Position numbers and translations under genes: made by a program. A stretch of 64,000 nt of DNA. Source: an uncultured virus (IMG/VR IMGVR_UViG_3300032222_000250). Its lineage: Duplodnaviria; Heunggongvirae; Uroviricota; Caudoviricetes. Position 1 is the first letter of the stretch; each line of letters begins with the position of its first letter. A model generated the notes under the pieces. That model was not told the origin of the DNA, did not search any database, and was given only the letters and a program-made list of their open reading frames with translations. Below are positions 55,724 to 64,000 of this stretch, one piece after another. Location of the stretch: the IMG/VR virus record IMGVR_UViG_3300032222_000250; one strand, given 5' to 3'.

Positions 55724-57403
55724 ATGGAACCATTATTAAAAAATGTGTTTGAAGAATTTCATTGTAGAAAATTCTATGACCATTGTGATATACAAAGAGA
55801 TTTTGACTTGGCTAAAAGTATTAAGAATGATGGTAAGAAAAAACGTTATTTTTTTAGACCTGATGGTCGTTTAAATACAATTGATAAAGAAACTTATTTA
55901 GAAAACTATGGAAATAAGTTATGGAACATTCATCACAATAGAGTTACATTAGTTTTAGAAGACAATGAGGATAAAGTAAGTATTAAGGCGTATTTCTATA
56001 TAAAGTATAGAACGGAAGGAAAACATTATTTTGTGACCAATAAGAGAGTTGAATTTTTAACTTTTAATAAAAAAAGTAAAATTGTTTATGTTGGTATAAA
56101 ATACAATAAAGGTAAACAATCATATGTTAGGTCCAATGCTTGGAATGGTATGATTAATGATTTTTTTAGTAGATTATCTGCTTTATGTAAGACACATTTT
56201 CCTAATGATGGTGAAGGGATGTTTATTAATTATTCTAATGTTTTTTTTAATAAAGTTTTTGGTTATGAAAAAAACATATCTGAAAATGGTAAATTTAATC
56301 CTACCAACTTACTTATAACAAATTATCTTACATTACACAATGTTGTAGTACCCAACAACTATTTGGCATTTTTTAACAATGGGGAGACTATGACAATGAA
56401 AGAGTTAAGAAAATCACATCTTAACTTAATTGAAGCCGCGGAAAAAAAATATGGTTTAAGTGGTAAAAAATTCCATCGTATTTTACATTTGGTGAATTGT
56501 ATTAATTCAAATCTTATTAATTTCGTTCAAAATATTGTTTCACCAAAATATCTTAAATCACGACCTGATGATGAAATTTTAGGATTGTTTCAGTATAGAG
56601 ATTACTTTGATGTAAGAAATTACACAAGACTTTTAAACAGACACATTACTGATAAAGAAAGAAATAATGTTTATACATGTCTTGTTAATGCTGTTATGAA
56701 TGGTGGTAGTGTCTATACCTTTATGGACCATATTAAATTTTACCTTACATTAAAATTACGGTATAATGAAGATGTTATATGGAGAAGTAAAACTAATAGT
56801 GAGTTTACGGTTGAACATATAGAATATTCAAATAAAATAGCTCTTCATAGAGATGGTGAATGGAATAGAATATACTCACAACAATTCTTTGATGGTATAG
56901 GTAAAGAGATAGCCACACCTCAAGGTGCTGTGTATTATCCTATTTTGTTTACAAAACAATACGAATATTTTGACGAATCAGAACATCAATCAAATTGTGT
57001 TAAAACTTATCACAAAAACGTACACTGTTTTATTATATCGTTAAGGGAGGGTAGTTCTGAATCAAAAGAAAGAGCAACCATTGAATACCGATGGAATTAC
57101 TCTAATTCAAAATTTGAAAGAAAACAAAGTCTTGGAAGGTTTAATAAAAATTTGGATTCCAAATGGAACTTCGCACTTGAAGAACTTGATAATCAAGTTA
57201 TGTTGGCTGTTAAACATTTTAAGTTTGAAGATTTTAAAATGACAAAAACAACACAAACAGAAACCATCAAATACAATGTGGTTAAAAATTCTATGAGTGA
57301 ATATAGATTACTACAGGATGGTATTATAAACACAAATGACAATTCAGAAATAACCAATGAAGAATATTTACAAAATATTATCATGTTTGATTTGGATTTC
57401 TAA
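55724..57403 (+). CDS. PcfJ-like domain protein
   Basis: C-terminal EYFDESEHQSNCVKTY..IISLR..RATIEY..QSLGRFN. Confidence 0.7.
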   Translation: MEPLLKNVFEEFHCRKFYDHCDIQRDFDLAKSIKNDGKKKRYFFRPDGRLNTIDKETYLENYGNKLWNIHHNRVTLVLEDNEDKVSIKAYFYIKYRTEGKHYFVTNKRVEFLTFNKKSKIVYVGIKYNKGKQSYVRSNAWNGMINDFFSRLSALCKTHFPNDGEGMFINYSNVFFNKVFGYEKNISENGKFNPTNLLITNYLTLHNVVVPNNYLAFFNNGETMTMKELRKSHLNLIEAAEKKYGLSGKKFHRILHLVNCINSNLINFVQNIVSPKYLKSRPDDEILGLFQYRDYFDVRNYTRLLNRHITDKERNNVYTCLVNAVMNGGSVYTFMDHIKFYLTLKLRYNEDVIWRSKTNSEFTVEHIEYSNKIALHRDGEWNRIYSQQFFDGIGKEIATPQGAVYYPILFTKQYEYFDESEHQSNCVKTYHKNVHCFIISLREGSSESKERATIEYRWNYSNSKFERKQSLGRFNKNLDSKWNFALEELDNQVMLAVKHFKFEDFKMTKTTQTETIKYNVVKNSMSEYRLLQDGIINTNDNSEITNEEYLQNIIMFDLDF

Positions 57404-57421
57404 AAATTATCAGTATCTTTG
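57391..57421 (+). promoter_or_regulatory. Bacteroidota sigmaA-type promoter
   Basis: TTTG (57391), 19-bp spacer, TATCTTTG (57414). Confidence 0.75.
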
Positions 57422-57455
57422 TATAACAATCTAACAACATAAAAACATATAAGAA

Positions 57456-57608
57456 ATGGCTAAGAAACCCGCAAAATCAACCTCAAGCTTCTCATTGAAG
57501 TACAAAGAAAAGGCAAAAGTATCTCGTCCTGGTGTCCACGCAAAAACAAAGACATCCAAACACAAACAATCCAAGAATTATAAAAAAGCGTATCGCGGTC
57601 AAGGTTAA
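57456..57608 (+). CDS. 50-aa highly basic protein (not in the ORF track)
   Basis: MAKKPAKSTSSFSLKYKEKAKVSRPGVHAKTKTSKHKQSKNYKKAYRGQG; first gene after a consensus promoter. Confidence 0.75.
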   Translation: MAKKPAKSTSSFSLKYKEKAKVSRPGVHAKTKTSKHKQSKNYKKAYRGQG

Positions 57609-57928
57609 TGGATTACCCTGATAAAATAGAAAGAGTAATCCTACATCTTGAAAAAGAAAATGGTGTTCCCCTATCCGAAATTGAGGTGGGGGAACTTACC
57701 ATTGTGGATGAAATTTTCAAAATGAAACAAATATATTTGGATATTACGTCTAGTGGAAATATTACTAAAGGGGTTTACGAAACAAGTGCATCTTTCTATA
57801 TTTATATAAGACAAATCAACCCATCATTTTATGCTCTAAAGATATACTTTAGACCTGAACAATATGATGAAGTGATATTTTTTATAACAAGATTAAAGAA
57901 AAAACAAAATGCAAGAACTAACAGCTGA
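57608..57928 (+). CDS. Hypothetical protein
   Basis: TAATG-coupled ORF. Confidence 0.6.
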   Translation: MDYPDKIERVILHLEKENGVPLSEIEVGELTIVDEIFKMKQIYLDITSSGNITKGVYETSASFYIYIRQINPSFYALKIYFRPEQYDEVIFFITRLKKKQNARTNS

Positions 57929-58205
57929 ACAATTGAGAGAGAAGATGGAATCTGGTGAAAGATTCATAATTGATTACTTTGCCACTTGGTGTGGACCATG
58001 TAAAATGTTAAGTCGTATCTTGGAAACAAGTGGTGACAAATTGGGTGTTCCAATTTACAAATTTGATGTAGATTCAGACCGTACCTTTACAATGGAACAA
58101 AACATCCGTAGTGTACCAACACTTAAACTTTACGAAGGTTCTTCAGTAGTTAAATCTCACACAGGTATTCTACAAGAATCTCAATTTGAAACATTTGTAA
58201 ACTAA
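57909..58205 (+). CDS. trxA: Thioredoxin
   Basis: FATWCGPCK and IRSVPT. Confidence 0.92.
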   Translation: MQELTAEQLREKMESGERFIIDYFATWCGPCKMLSRILETSGDKLGVPIYKFDVDSDRTFTMEQNIRSVPTLKLYEGSSVVKSHTGILQESQFETFVN

Positions 58206-58477
58206 TGAAACATGTGTTAGTTTTCACGATGGATGGATGTCCACATTGTTCTGACTTCAAAGATATGTTAACCAAAGAGGGTATTGAATATATTGAAGCA
58301 GATATCAATGAAAACGAAGAAGAGTATAATTTGTTTGTTAAAGTAACTGATAATGAATATGTACCGGCAATAATGATTATTGAAGAAGGTACAACAGATG
58401 CTAAGTTTTATGCACCTGACAGAGACTTTCAAGAGTTGGAAGAAGCGGTTACCCTTATTCGTGAACAAATTGCGTAA
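58205..58477 (+). CDS. Glutaredoxin-like protein
   Basis: GCPHC and YVP. Confidence 0.85.
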   Translation: MKHVLVFTMDGCPHCSDFKDMLTKEGIEYIEADINENEEEYNLFVKVTDNEYVPAIMIIEEGTTDAKFYAPDRDFQELEEAVTLIREQIA

Positions 58478-58483
58478 CTCTTT

Positions 58484-59290
58484 TTAAAAGAGAATTAATT
58501 CATCCATCTTATAATGTTCATTCCATGGCTTGTCGGCTATTGGTAAAAACAAATCATCATTAATATCATAGTCAATGATTGCTTCGTCAATTTTATAATC
58601 ACATAAAACATCAAGAGCGACTGATGATAGTTTTTGATTGCTCCATCTTGAGTTTGTTCTTATTTTGAACATAGTATCATTCATTGTAAATGTTTCAGGT
58701 GTTTCACCCCAAGTATGGATGTCCATCACTTTTGATTTTGATACCCTGAACAGGTTGTAGGCGATAAACTCCATTGAGTATAGTTTCTTTCTTAATTCTT
58801 TTGAGTAACCGTGTGGGTATTGACTGTGATAAGTAGAACTTGAAAGATATGTTAAACTGTTGTCATCAAAAAAGAATGAAGATACGTTTGAGTAATCCTC
58901 ACCAATACTAACAATATTACTTGATTTATAATCTTTTTCAATGTATGTACTGAGTTGATATTCATTATACAATGGTCTTGGGGTATTGTAGAACCTGTGC
59001 CAGTTTTGATTGTATGATGATGATGTGTTGTATCTGATATTATCAATGAATCTTAATTTCGTACTTGGAAAATCATATTTGTATTTTTCTTTAAACATTT
59101 CAAATTGTTTTGGTAGGTTAAAGAATTCATTATCAGATGTAACTGAACCTGACACAACCATAATGGATGGAAAATAATATGATACTTGGAAGGTGTTTTC
59201 GTTAATTAAACTATCACCAACTTGTTCTAATAAATGATTTGCAAAATGATTAATAATTCCTTCTATAGAATCGGGGTTGATTAAATTCAT
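58484..59290 (-). CDS. Hypothetical protein (possible remote MetK-like fold)
   Basis: 268-aa ORF; see the corresponding finding. Confidence 0.55.
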   Translation of the reverse strand: MNLINPDSIEGIINHFANHLLEQVGDSLINENTFQVSYYFPSIMVVSGSVTSDNEFFNLPKQFEMFKEKYKYDFPSTKLRFIDNIRYNTSSSYNQNWHRFYNTPRPLYNEYQLSTYIEKDYKSSNIVSIGEDYSNVSSFFFDDNSLTYLSSSTYHSQYPHGYSKELRKKLYSMEFIAYNLFRVSKSKVMDIHTWGETPETFTMNDTMFKIRTNSRWSNQKLSSVALDVLCDYKIDEAIIDYDINDDLFLPIADKPWNEHYKMDELILF

Positions 59291-59335
59291 ATTGGTAAAA
59301 ACTTATGAATTTAATTTGATAGTATAAAGGGTTAA

Positions 59336-60364
59336 TTAAATTTCAACGTATTCATTATAAGATTTTTTAACATCATCAAAATCTGGATAATCAGGAATTC
59401 TAAAATCAATACGGTCAAGACCATCATTAAATAATTCGTTTAACATTTCCTTGAAAGAACCATAATATTCAATTGGGTTGTAGTTGTTTTTCCAATTCAT
59501 GAAAAATTCTCTGAATAAATAATCAAATGTGTTGGTTACATCAATTGCGTAAGTCCAAATATCATTTCCGGCACGATTGGTACCTACATTAACCATCTTA
59601 CCTGAATCACCAAAAAACCCTTCTAATCCACCATATACATTTTTGGATAACTCATCTTCATATGCTGTGTTAAATGCATTCCAATATGCACTTTCCATAT
59701 CACTTCTTAAATCAGGAAAAAAATTCTTTATAATATATTTGGTAGTTTTCTCATCTTCTAATAATTCAGTAATATTATCGGCAGTAATACTTAAAGTTTC
59801 AGGTTGACCTTCAATTTCCCAAAGTTCTTCTAAAAATGATGTTTGTTCAATATCATCTGAAGTTAATGGTGGTAATTCGGAAACAATTTTATTTGCCAAT
59901 AAACTTTTATTATTGTCATTCAATGTTTCTATACAATCATCATAAAAATCATTAATAACATCATTAAAATGTTCATTGAAATCCTCATTAAAAACTGTTT
60001 CAGCAGCATTACGAGCGGTTCCATCTCTTCCTCTATCATCAAAGGCCGTCAATAAATCATCTTTATCTGTTAGCCAAATAATTCTATCATTCTGAACAAC
60101 TAAATCACTTTCTAAAAACTCACTAATAAAATGTTTAAAATACTCAAATTTATCAGGTGCTGCTTGGTATTGTTCCCAAATCAATAAGTCTTGTAATCCT
60201 TCATCAAAAAAGAATTGATTTTTTGGGTCCAAATAATGTTCTTCAGGATTACCTTTTGATAAAACAAATCTTATGAATTGTTCTGGTCCACCAAAGTTTT
60301 TGGCGACACCAATGGGATTATCATAAAATTTATCTATTAGGGCTGATATTTTATCTTCCATCAT
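59336..60364 (-). CDS. Acidic hypothetical protein
   Basis: Likely start MMEDKISAL, just after a minus-strand TATTTATA. Confidence 0.65.
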   Translation of the reverse strand: MMEDKISALIDKFYDNPIGVAKNFGGPEQFIRFVLSKGNPEEHYLDPKNQFFFDEGLQDLLIWEQYQAAPDKFEYFKHFISEFLESDLVVQNDRIIWLTDKDDLLTAFDDRGRDGTARNAAETVFNEDFNEHFNDVINDFYDDCIETLNDNNKSLLANKIVSELPPLTSDDIEQTSFLEELWEIEGQPETLSITADNITELLEDEKTTKYIIKNFFPDLRSDMESAYWNAFNTAYEDELSKNVYGGLEGFFGDSGKMVNVGTNRAGNDIWTYAIDVTNTFDYLFREFFMNWKNNYNPIEYYGSFKEMLNELFNDGLDRIDFRIPDYPDFDDVKKSYNEYVEI

Positions 60365-60375
60365 AATATAAATAC

Positions 60376-60404
60376 AAAAAAAATGGGAAGTTTTCACTTC
60401 CCAT
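60376..60404 (-). terminator. Rho-independent terminator (minus strand)
   Basis: ATGGGAAGT-tttc-ACTTCCCAT preceded by an A-run. Confidence 0.75.
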
Positions 60405-60415
60405 ATTAAAGAGTA

Positions 60416-60565
60416 TTATTTTTTTTGATTGTAATACTTTTGGACCGTCTTTTTAATTGCTTGTTGAATTGTTTGACTTTGATTTTGTCCTCTGTTAATT
60501 GGTTGACCCTGTGGTTGTGCTGGTGGTTGTTGCACAATACCGTTGTTTTTACATCCGCATCCCAT
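60416..60565 (-). CDS. 49-aa Gln-rich peptide MGCGCKNNGIVQQPPAQPQGQ... (not in the ORF track)
   Basis: Has its own late-like motif upstream (60593-60600) and a terminator downstream. Confidence 0.65.
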   Translation of the reverse strand: MGCGCKNNGIVQQPPAQPQGQPINRGQNQSQTIQQAIKKTVQKYYNQKK

Positions 60566-60674
60566 AGTTTTATATTATTAAGGTTTATTATACATAAATA
60601 GTTGTTTAATACAATCTGTTTATTAAGTTTGTGTGTATATTACAAGTTTATCAATATTTATAGTAAATTGAATA

Positions 60675-62465
60675 ATGAAATTTATTAATTTGTTATTAGA
60701 GGGAAGAGAAGATGACTTCAAAAATACTTACGGGAAAAAGTTTTCTCCCGAAAAGTTAGACGCCATTATTAATATGGTTAATGAAATTCCAAATGGGTCA
60801 AAGTTTTTGACTTTCTTGGGTAAAACATTACCTCAAACAATTCCTGATGGACTATTAGATGAGAAAGTAAAAGATACTTTAAAGAAGTTTGTTTCTATTG
60901 GTCCCAACTTACAAATCAAAGATATTAATCAATACAAAACATTTGCTGAATTATACTCGGCAATTCAAGAATATGAAACTAGAATAAGAAGAACTGTTAA
61001 GTCTGTTGATGGTGCGGATATTGTTTTTGAAAATGACCAATTTACCGTTGTTGCACCACTTACAACATCAGCGTCTTGTTATTATGGTGCAGGTACCAAA
61101 TGGTGTACAGCATCAAGTGCCGATAATACACACTTTAACAACTATATGAAGGATGGAAAATTGTTTTACATATTAGATAAAACAAAACCAACATCTGATA
61201 GATTTTATAAGGTTGCTTTGTTAAAGAAATTTGATGGTGATGAAAGTTATTTTGATGCTCCTGACCAAAAATTCACTAGTGGTTGGATTATGGGTACAAA
61301 TGAACTTGCTCGTATAAAACAGTATATTGATTTATATATCAGGGAGAAATATTCTAAGGAACTTGAAATTTGGGGTGATAAAGAAAAGGCAGCAATTGAA
61401 AGAAAAAGATTACAGAGAATAGAACAACAAAGAATTGAAAATGATTTAATCGCATCTGCTAATCAAAGAAGAGAAGATAATGAGTGGAGTATGGATAATA
61501 TATCTCAAGGTGATATGGGTTCTTGTGCTTACGCTCTTTTTAAGTTTTTAATTAGTGAAGGAACGATTGAAGCAAAAACACCTGAAAATATAGAAAGACT
61601 TCAACAAGCCAAACAACAATTGGAGGTACTTCAAACAAGACTTGACAATGAAGAGAATGCTAATGAAGATATTGATTTAGTTTCTGAGATTGAAGTTTTG
61701 GAAGATGAAATCACTGAATTGGAAAAGTTAAAAGATGTTTATGATATGTTACCTATTGGTGATTATGTTTTAAAAGAATTTACTACAACAGATTTTCAAG
61801 GTAGATGGAAAGTTGGTGATACTAGTGATACTGAAAGAGAAGCTGTACGATATGTAAAAGATATGTTGGATGATGTGGGTTATGATGGTTTTAACCAATC
61901 ATTTATTATGGAACATTTTGACGATGATAGCTTTAAAAATTATTTAAGAGAGTTTTTTGAAGAGGATGTTTATAATAATCCTGAGGTTTATTTAGATGAT
62001 AGTGATAAAGAATTGAGTCGTAGTCAAGAAGCTAGAATTATTGAATTAAAACAAATGGTTTCAGATTTAGAGTCTGAAAGAAATAATTTAGATGATGAGG
62101 ATGAAGATTATAGTGATGAATACGATAGAATAGGTGGTGAGATTGATGAGGCAAATAATGAAATTGAAGAAATTGAATCAGACCCTGATGGTGAATATGA
62201 TAGTAATAAGTTAGATTCTATAGTTTTAGATAGAATATCTGAATATAGATATGATGCTAAAGATTTTTATGAAAATTATTTGGGTGGTGATGACTTTGAA
62301 AATTGGATAACATCTAACGGTTTTATTGATGAAGATGAGTTTGCTCAAGCGGTTGTTGATGCTGATGGATATGGTGCAACTTTGAATAACTATGACGGAA
62401 GTGAAGAAAGTGTGTCTTTTGAAGGTGAAACTTACCACATTTTCTATGATGGTGACTTTCATTAA
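60675..62465 (+). CDS. 'YG..TKWCT' family protein (paralogue 3) with an acidic coiled-coil C-terminus
   Basis: APLTTSASCYYGAGTKWCTAS..FNNY..LFYIL; leader MKFINLLLE. Confidence 0.72.
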   Translation: MKFINLLLEGREDDFKNTYGKKFSPEKLDAIINMVNEIPNGSKFLTFLGKTLPQTIPDGLLDEKVKDTLKKFVSIGPNLQIKDINQYKTFAELYSAIQEYETRIRRTVKSVDGADIVFENDQFTVVAPLTTSASCYYGAGTKWCTASSADNTHFNNYMKDGKLFYILDKTKPTSDRFYKVALLKKFDGDESYFDAPDQKFTSGWIMGTNELARIKQYIDLYIREKYSKELEIWGDKEKAAIERKRLQRIEQQRIENDLIASANQRREDNEWSMDNISQGDMGSCAYALFKFLISEGTIEAKTPENIERLQQAKQQLEVLQTRLDNEENANEDIDLVSEIEVLEDEITELEKLKDVYDMLPIGDYVLKEFTTTDFQGRWKVGDTSDTEREAVRYVKDMLDDVGYDGFNQSFIMEHFDDDSFKNYLREFFEEDVYNNPEVYLDDSDKELSRSQEARIIELKQMVSDLESERNNLDDEDEDYSDEYDRIGGEIDEANNEIEEIESDPDGEYDSNKLDSIVLDRISEYRYDAKDFYENYLGGDDFENWITSNGFIDEDEFAQAVVDADGYGATLNNYDGSEESVSFEGETYHIFYDGDFH

Positions 62466-62508
62466 TCTTTAGTATTCATAATCCATAAACCTTTTTTATT
62501 ATTAGTTT

Positions 62509-63237
62509 ATGGAAGACAAAAAACAAATAAAATTTATACTCCCCTCAGATTGGTTTTTAAAAGACCCAATTGATTTTGAGCACAAGGAATATGTATTAAA
62601 TTCGTTTTTGATGAAAGTGGAGGATGCTTTATCAAGAGGTGAAATTTATCCGTTCTTTACTGAGATATCGCTTCATATGGCATCCATTGGAAGTTTTCTT
62701 AAATCAAACAAATATGTTTTTATTAATAAGGAATTAAATTCCATTGATGATGAGATTATGTTATATGAACTCAAATCAAAAAAGACAAGAAAGAAATTTA
62801 CAACAGAGGAGTTAGAAGAGATTAAACAAATACTTGAATATTCCCAAGAAAAATTACTTCAATATTTTACAATCTGTAAAGGTATATGGGAATTGTCTTA
62901 CCAATCAACATCAATTAAATTAAGAAAGAATAAAAAGAATTTACCACTTCATAATTCATATGTGGTATATCAAGATTTATTTAACAAAGAGGTTTATGTT
63001 TGGCAAGGAAAGTTTGAACAACTATCTAAGAAAAAACACGACACCAAAATAGATTTCAGTTTAATATATAAAGGTCACGATAAAAAATTCACGGAAGTTA
63101 TCCGTGAGTATTCAGATACAAAGAGTTTGGAGTATCCAATCTTTGAAGCGTTCTCAACACAGAACCTACCATTGGAACATACATTATTACCTTTATTTAA
63201 GAGGAAAGTACAATCTTACTTCACACAGTCAGTATGA
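62509..63237 (+). CDS. Hypothetical protein
   Basis: DWFLKDPIDFEHKEYVL...PLEHTLLPLFKRK. Confidence 0.65.
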   Translation: MEDKKQIKFILPSDWFLKDPIDFEHKEYVLNSFLMKVEDALSRGEIYPFFTEISLHMASIGSFLKSNKYVFINKELNSIDDEIMLYELKSKKTRKKFTTEELEEIKQILEYSQEKLLQYFTICKGIWELSYQSTSIKLRKNKKNLPLHNSYVVYQDLFNKEVYVWQGKFEQLSKKKHDTKIDFSLIYKGHDKKFTEVIREYSDTKSLEYPIFEAFSTQNLPLEHTLLPLFKRKVQSYFTQSV

Positions 63238-63635
63238 GTACACCATCTCACTATGAAAAGGCTGAGACTAAATTCAGTTTGCTACCTTACGCAAGTAATG
63301 TAGGGTCACCAGTCATTGTTGTTGAAGACACAGACCAATTTAAAAGAAAACAAGTTACCAAGTTTAATAATTTTGTTGATAAGAGATTTAGTGAATTAAA
63401 ATCTGAAATGGAAAAGTTGGTTGACGCTTATAAACTCAATGAATTTATCTTTAGTATTGACCTTAGGTTTGAGCCAATAGTGGGTGAAACTTATTATGTG
63501 TATCAGAATGAAAAAACTATTAATTTTTTATCAATGATAGCTCCACATGAATGTAAATTTTTGTATATTTGTAGTGTTAAACTAAATACTGAAGGTCAAT
63601 GGGTTTTAATAGACGGTACTTTTCCAAAGAGTTAA
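63234..63635 (+). CDS. DUF2452-like protein
   Basis: LPYASNVGSP, FEPIVGETYYVY and FLSMIAPHE. Confidence 0.7.
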   Translation: MSTPSHYEKAETKFSLLPYASNVGSPVIVVEDTDQFKRKQVTKFNNFVDKRFSELKSEMEKLVDAYKLNEFIFSIDLRFEPIVGETYYVYQNEKTINFLSMIAPHECKFLYICSVKLNTEGQWVLIDGTFPKS

Positions 63636-63811
63636 TTTTACGTGAGATAGACAAAGAATATCCACTAAAAAAGTATTTCGCTTCTGACGCTTGTATATTT
63701 ACAGATAGTGTGTCCCATCAAGCATATGAATTACATAATAAAGGTGTTTCTGACAAAGAAATAAAAGAATTTATTTTAAAAAACTCAACACCCTTGATTG
63801 AACAAAATTAA
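63599..63811 (+). CDS. Hypothetical protein
   Basis: 70-aa ORF starting MGFNRRY. Confidence 0.55.
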   Translation: MGFNRRYFSKELILREIDKEYPLKKYFASDACIFTDSVSHQAYELHNKGVSDKEIKEFILKNSTPLIEQN

Positions 63812-63829
63812 AAACATATATTTTATACT

Positions 63830-64000
63830 ATGAAAACACTAAAAAATTCCAAGACAGGTGAAATCAAAAGATTACACGACAAAGCCGCTCACAATTTAGT
63901 AATGCAAACTTTCTTGGGTTGGGGATATGCTCCCAAATCCGAATGGAAAAAAGATAAGTCTGTGGTAACTGAAGAAAGGCCGGATAAACAGACAAAAAAA
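63830..64000 (+). CDS. Hypothetical protein, 3'-truncated
   Basis: MKTLKNSKTGEIKRL..WGYAPKSEWK runs off the window end. Confidence 0.55.
   Translation, partial: MKTLKNSKTGEIKRLHDKAAHNLVMQTFLGWGYAPKSEWKKDKSVVTEERPDKQTKK

Noticed and set aside
1..64000. Stop-codon reassignment as in some large Bacteroidota phages
   Set aside because: Recognisable genes are full length in the standard code and end at TAA, TAG or TGA with tight packing.
1..64000. Eukaryotic giant virus origin, suggested by collagen, SET, LRR and glycosylation genes
   Set aside because: The sigma-70, DnaG primase, amidase, S74 tail fibre, bacterial promoters and operon coupling indicate a bacteriophage.

Overview
This AT-rich, densely coding 64-kb window reads in the standard code and looks like a segment of a large (jumbo-type) tailed dsDNA phage. 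The host is very probably Bacteroidota: several TTTG-N19-20-TAnnTTTG promoters, a Bacteroidota-type sigma-70, SprB-like repeats and an Hc1-like protein all point that way. Layout: (1) the end of a collagen-repeat tail fibre with an S74 chaperone (1-826). (2) A ~23.5-kb island of protein and glycan modification enzymes (1730-25210): three 2OG-Fe(II) oxygenase domains, several glycosyltransferases including two TibC/Aah-like proteins and one resembling plant SGT1/HPAT, a UGM-like flavoenzyme, FkbM methyltransferases, an aminotransferase/acyltransferase/FabH trio and a SET protein. (3) Cys-rich, Pro/Thr-repeat virion-like proteins and a tail-collar-like protein (25247-32423). (4) A replication/recombination block (RuvC, primase, PD-(D/E)XK nuclease, SbcD/SbcC, HNH). 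(5) A sigma factor, lysis-like genes, probable internal head proteins, DnaJ, a Dam-like methylase, Trx/Grx and a three-member 'YG..T(R/K)WCT' family. The most interesting hypotheses are a phage-encoded hydroxylation plus O-glycosylation system for its own mucin/extensin-like and collagen virion proteins, a candidate origin made of DnaA-box-like iterons inside a coding sequence, an ArfA-like peptide/small RNA/RNase-like cassette, and a late promoter (TATTTATA) coupled to a capsid-targeting-like leader. All product calls come from motifs read by eye; no database searches were run.
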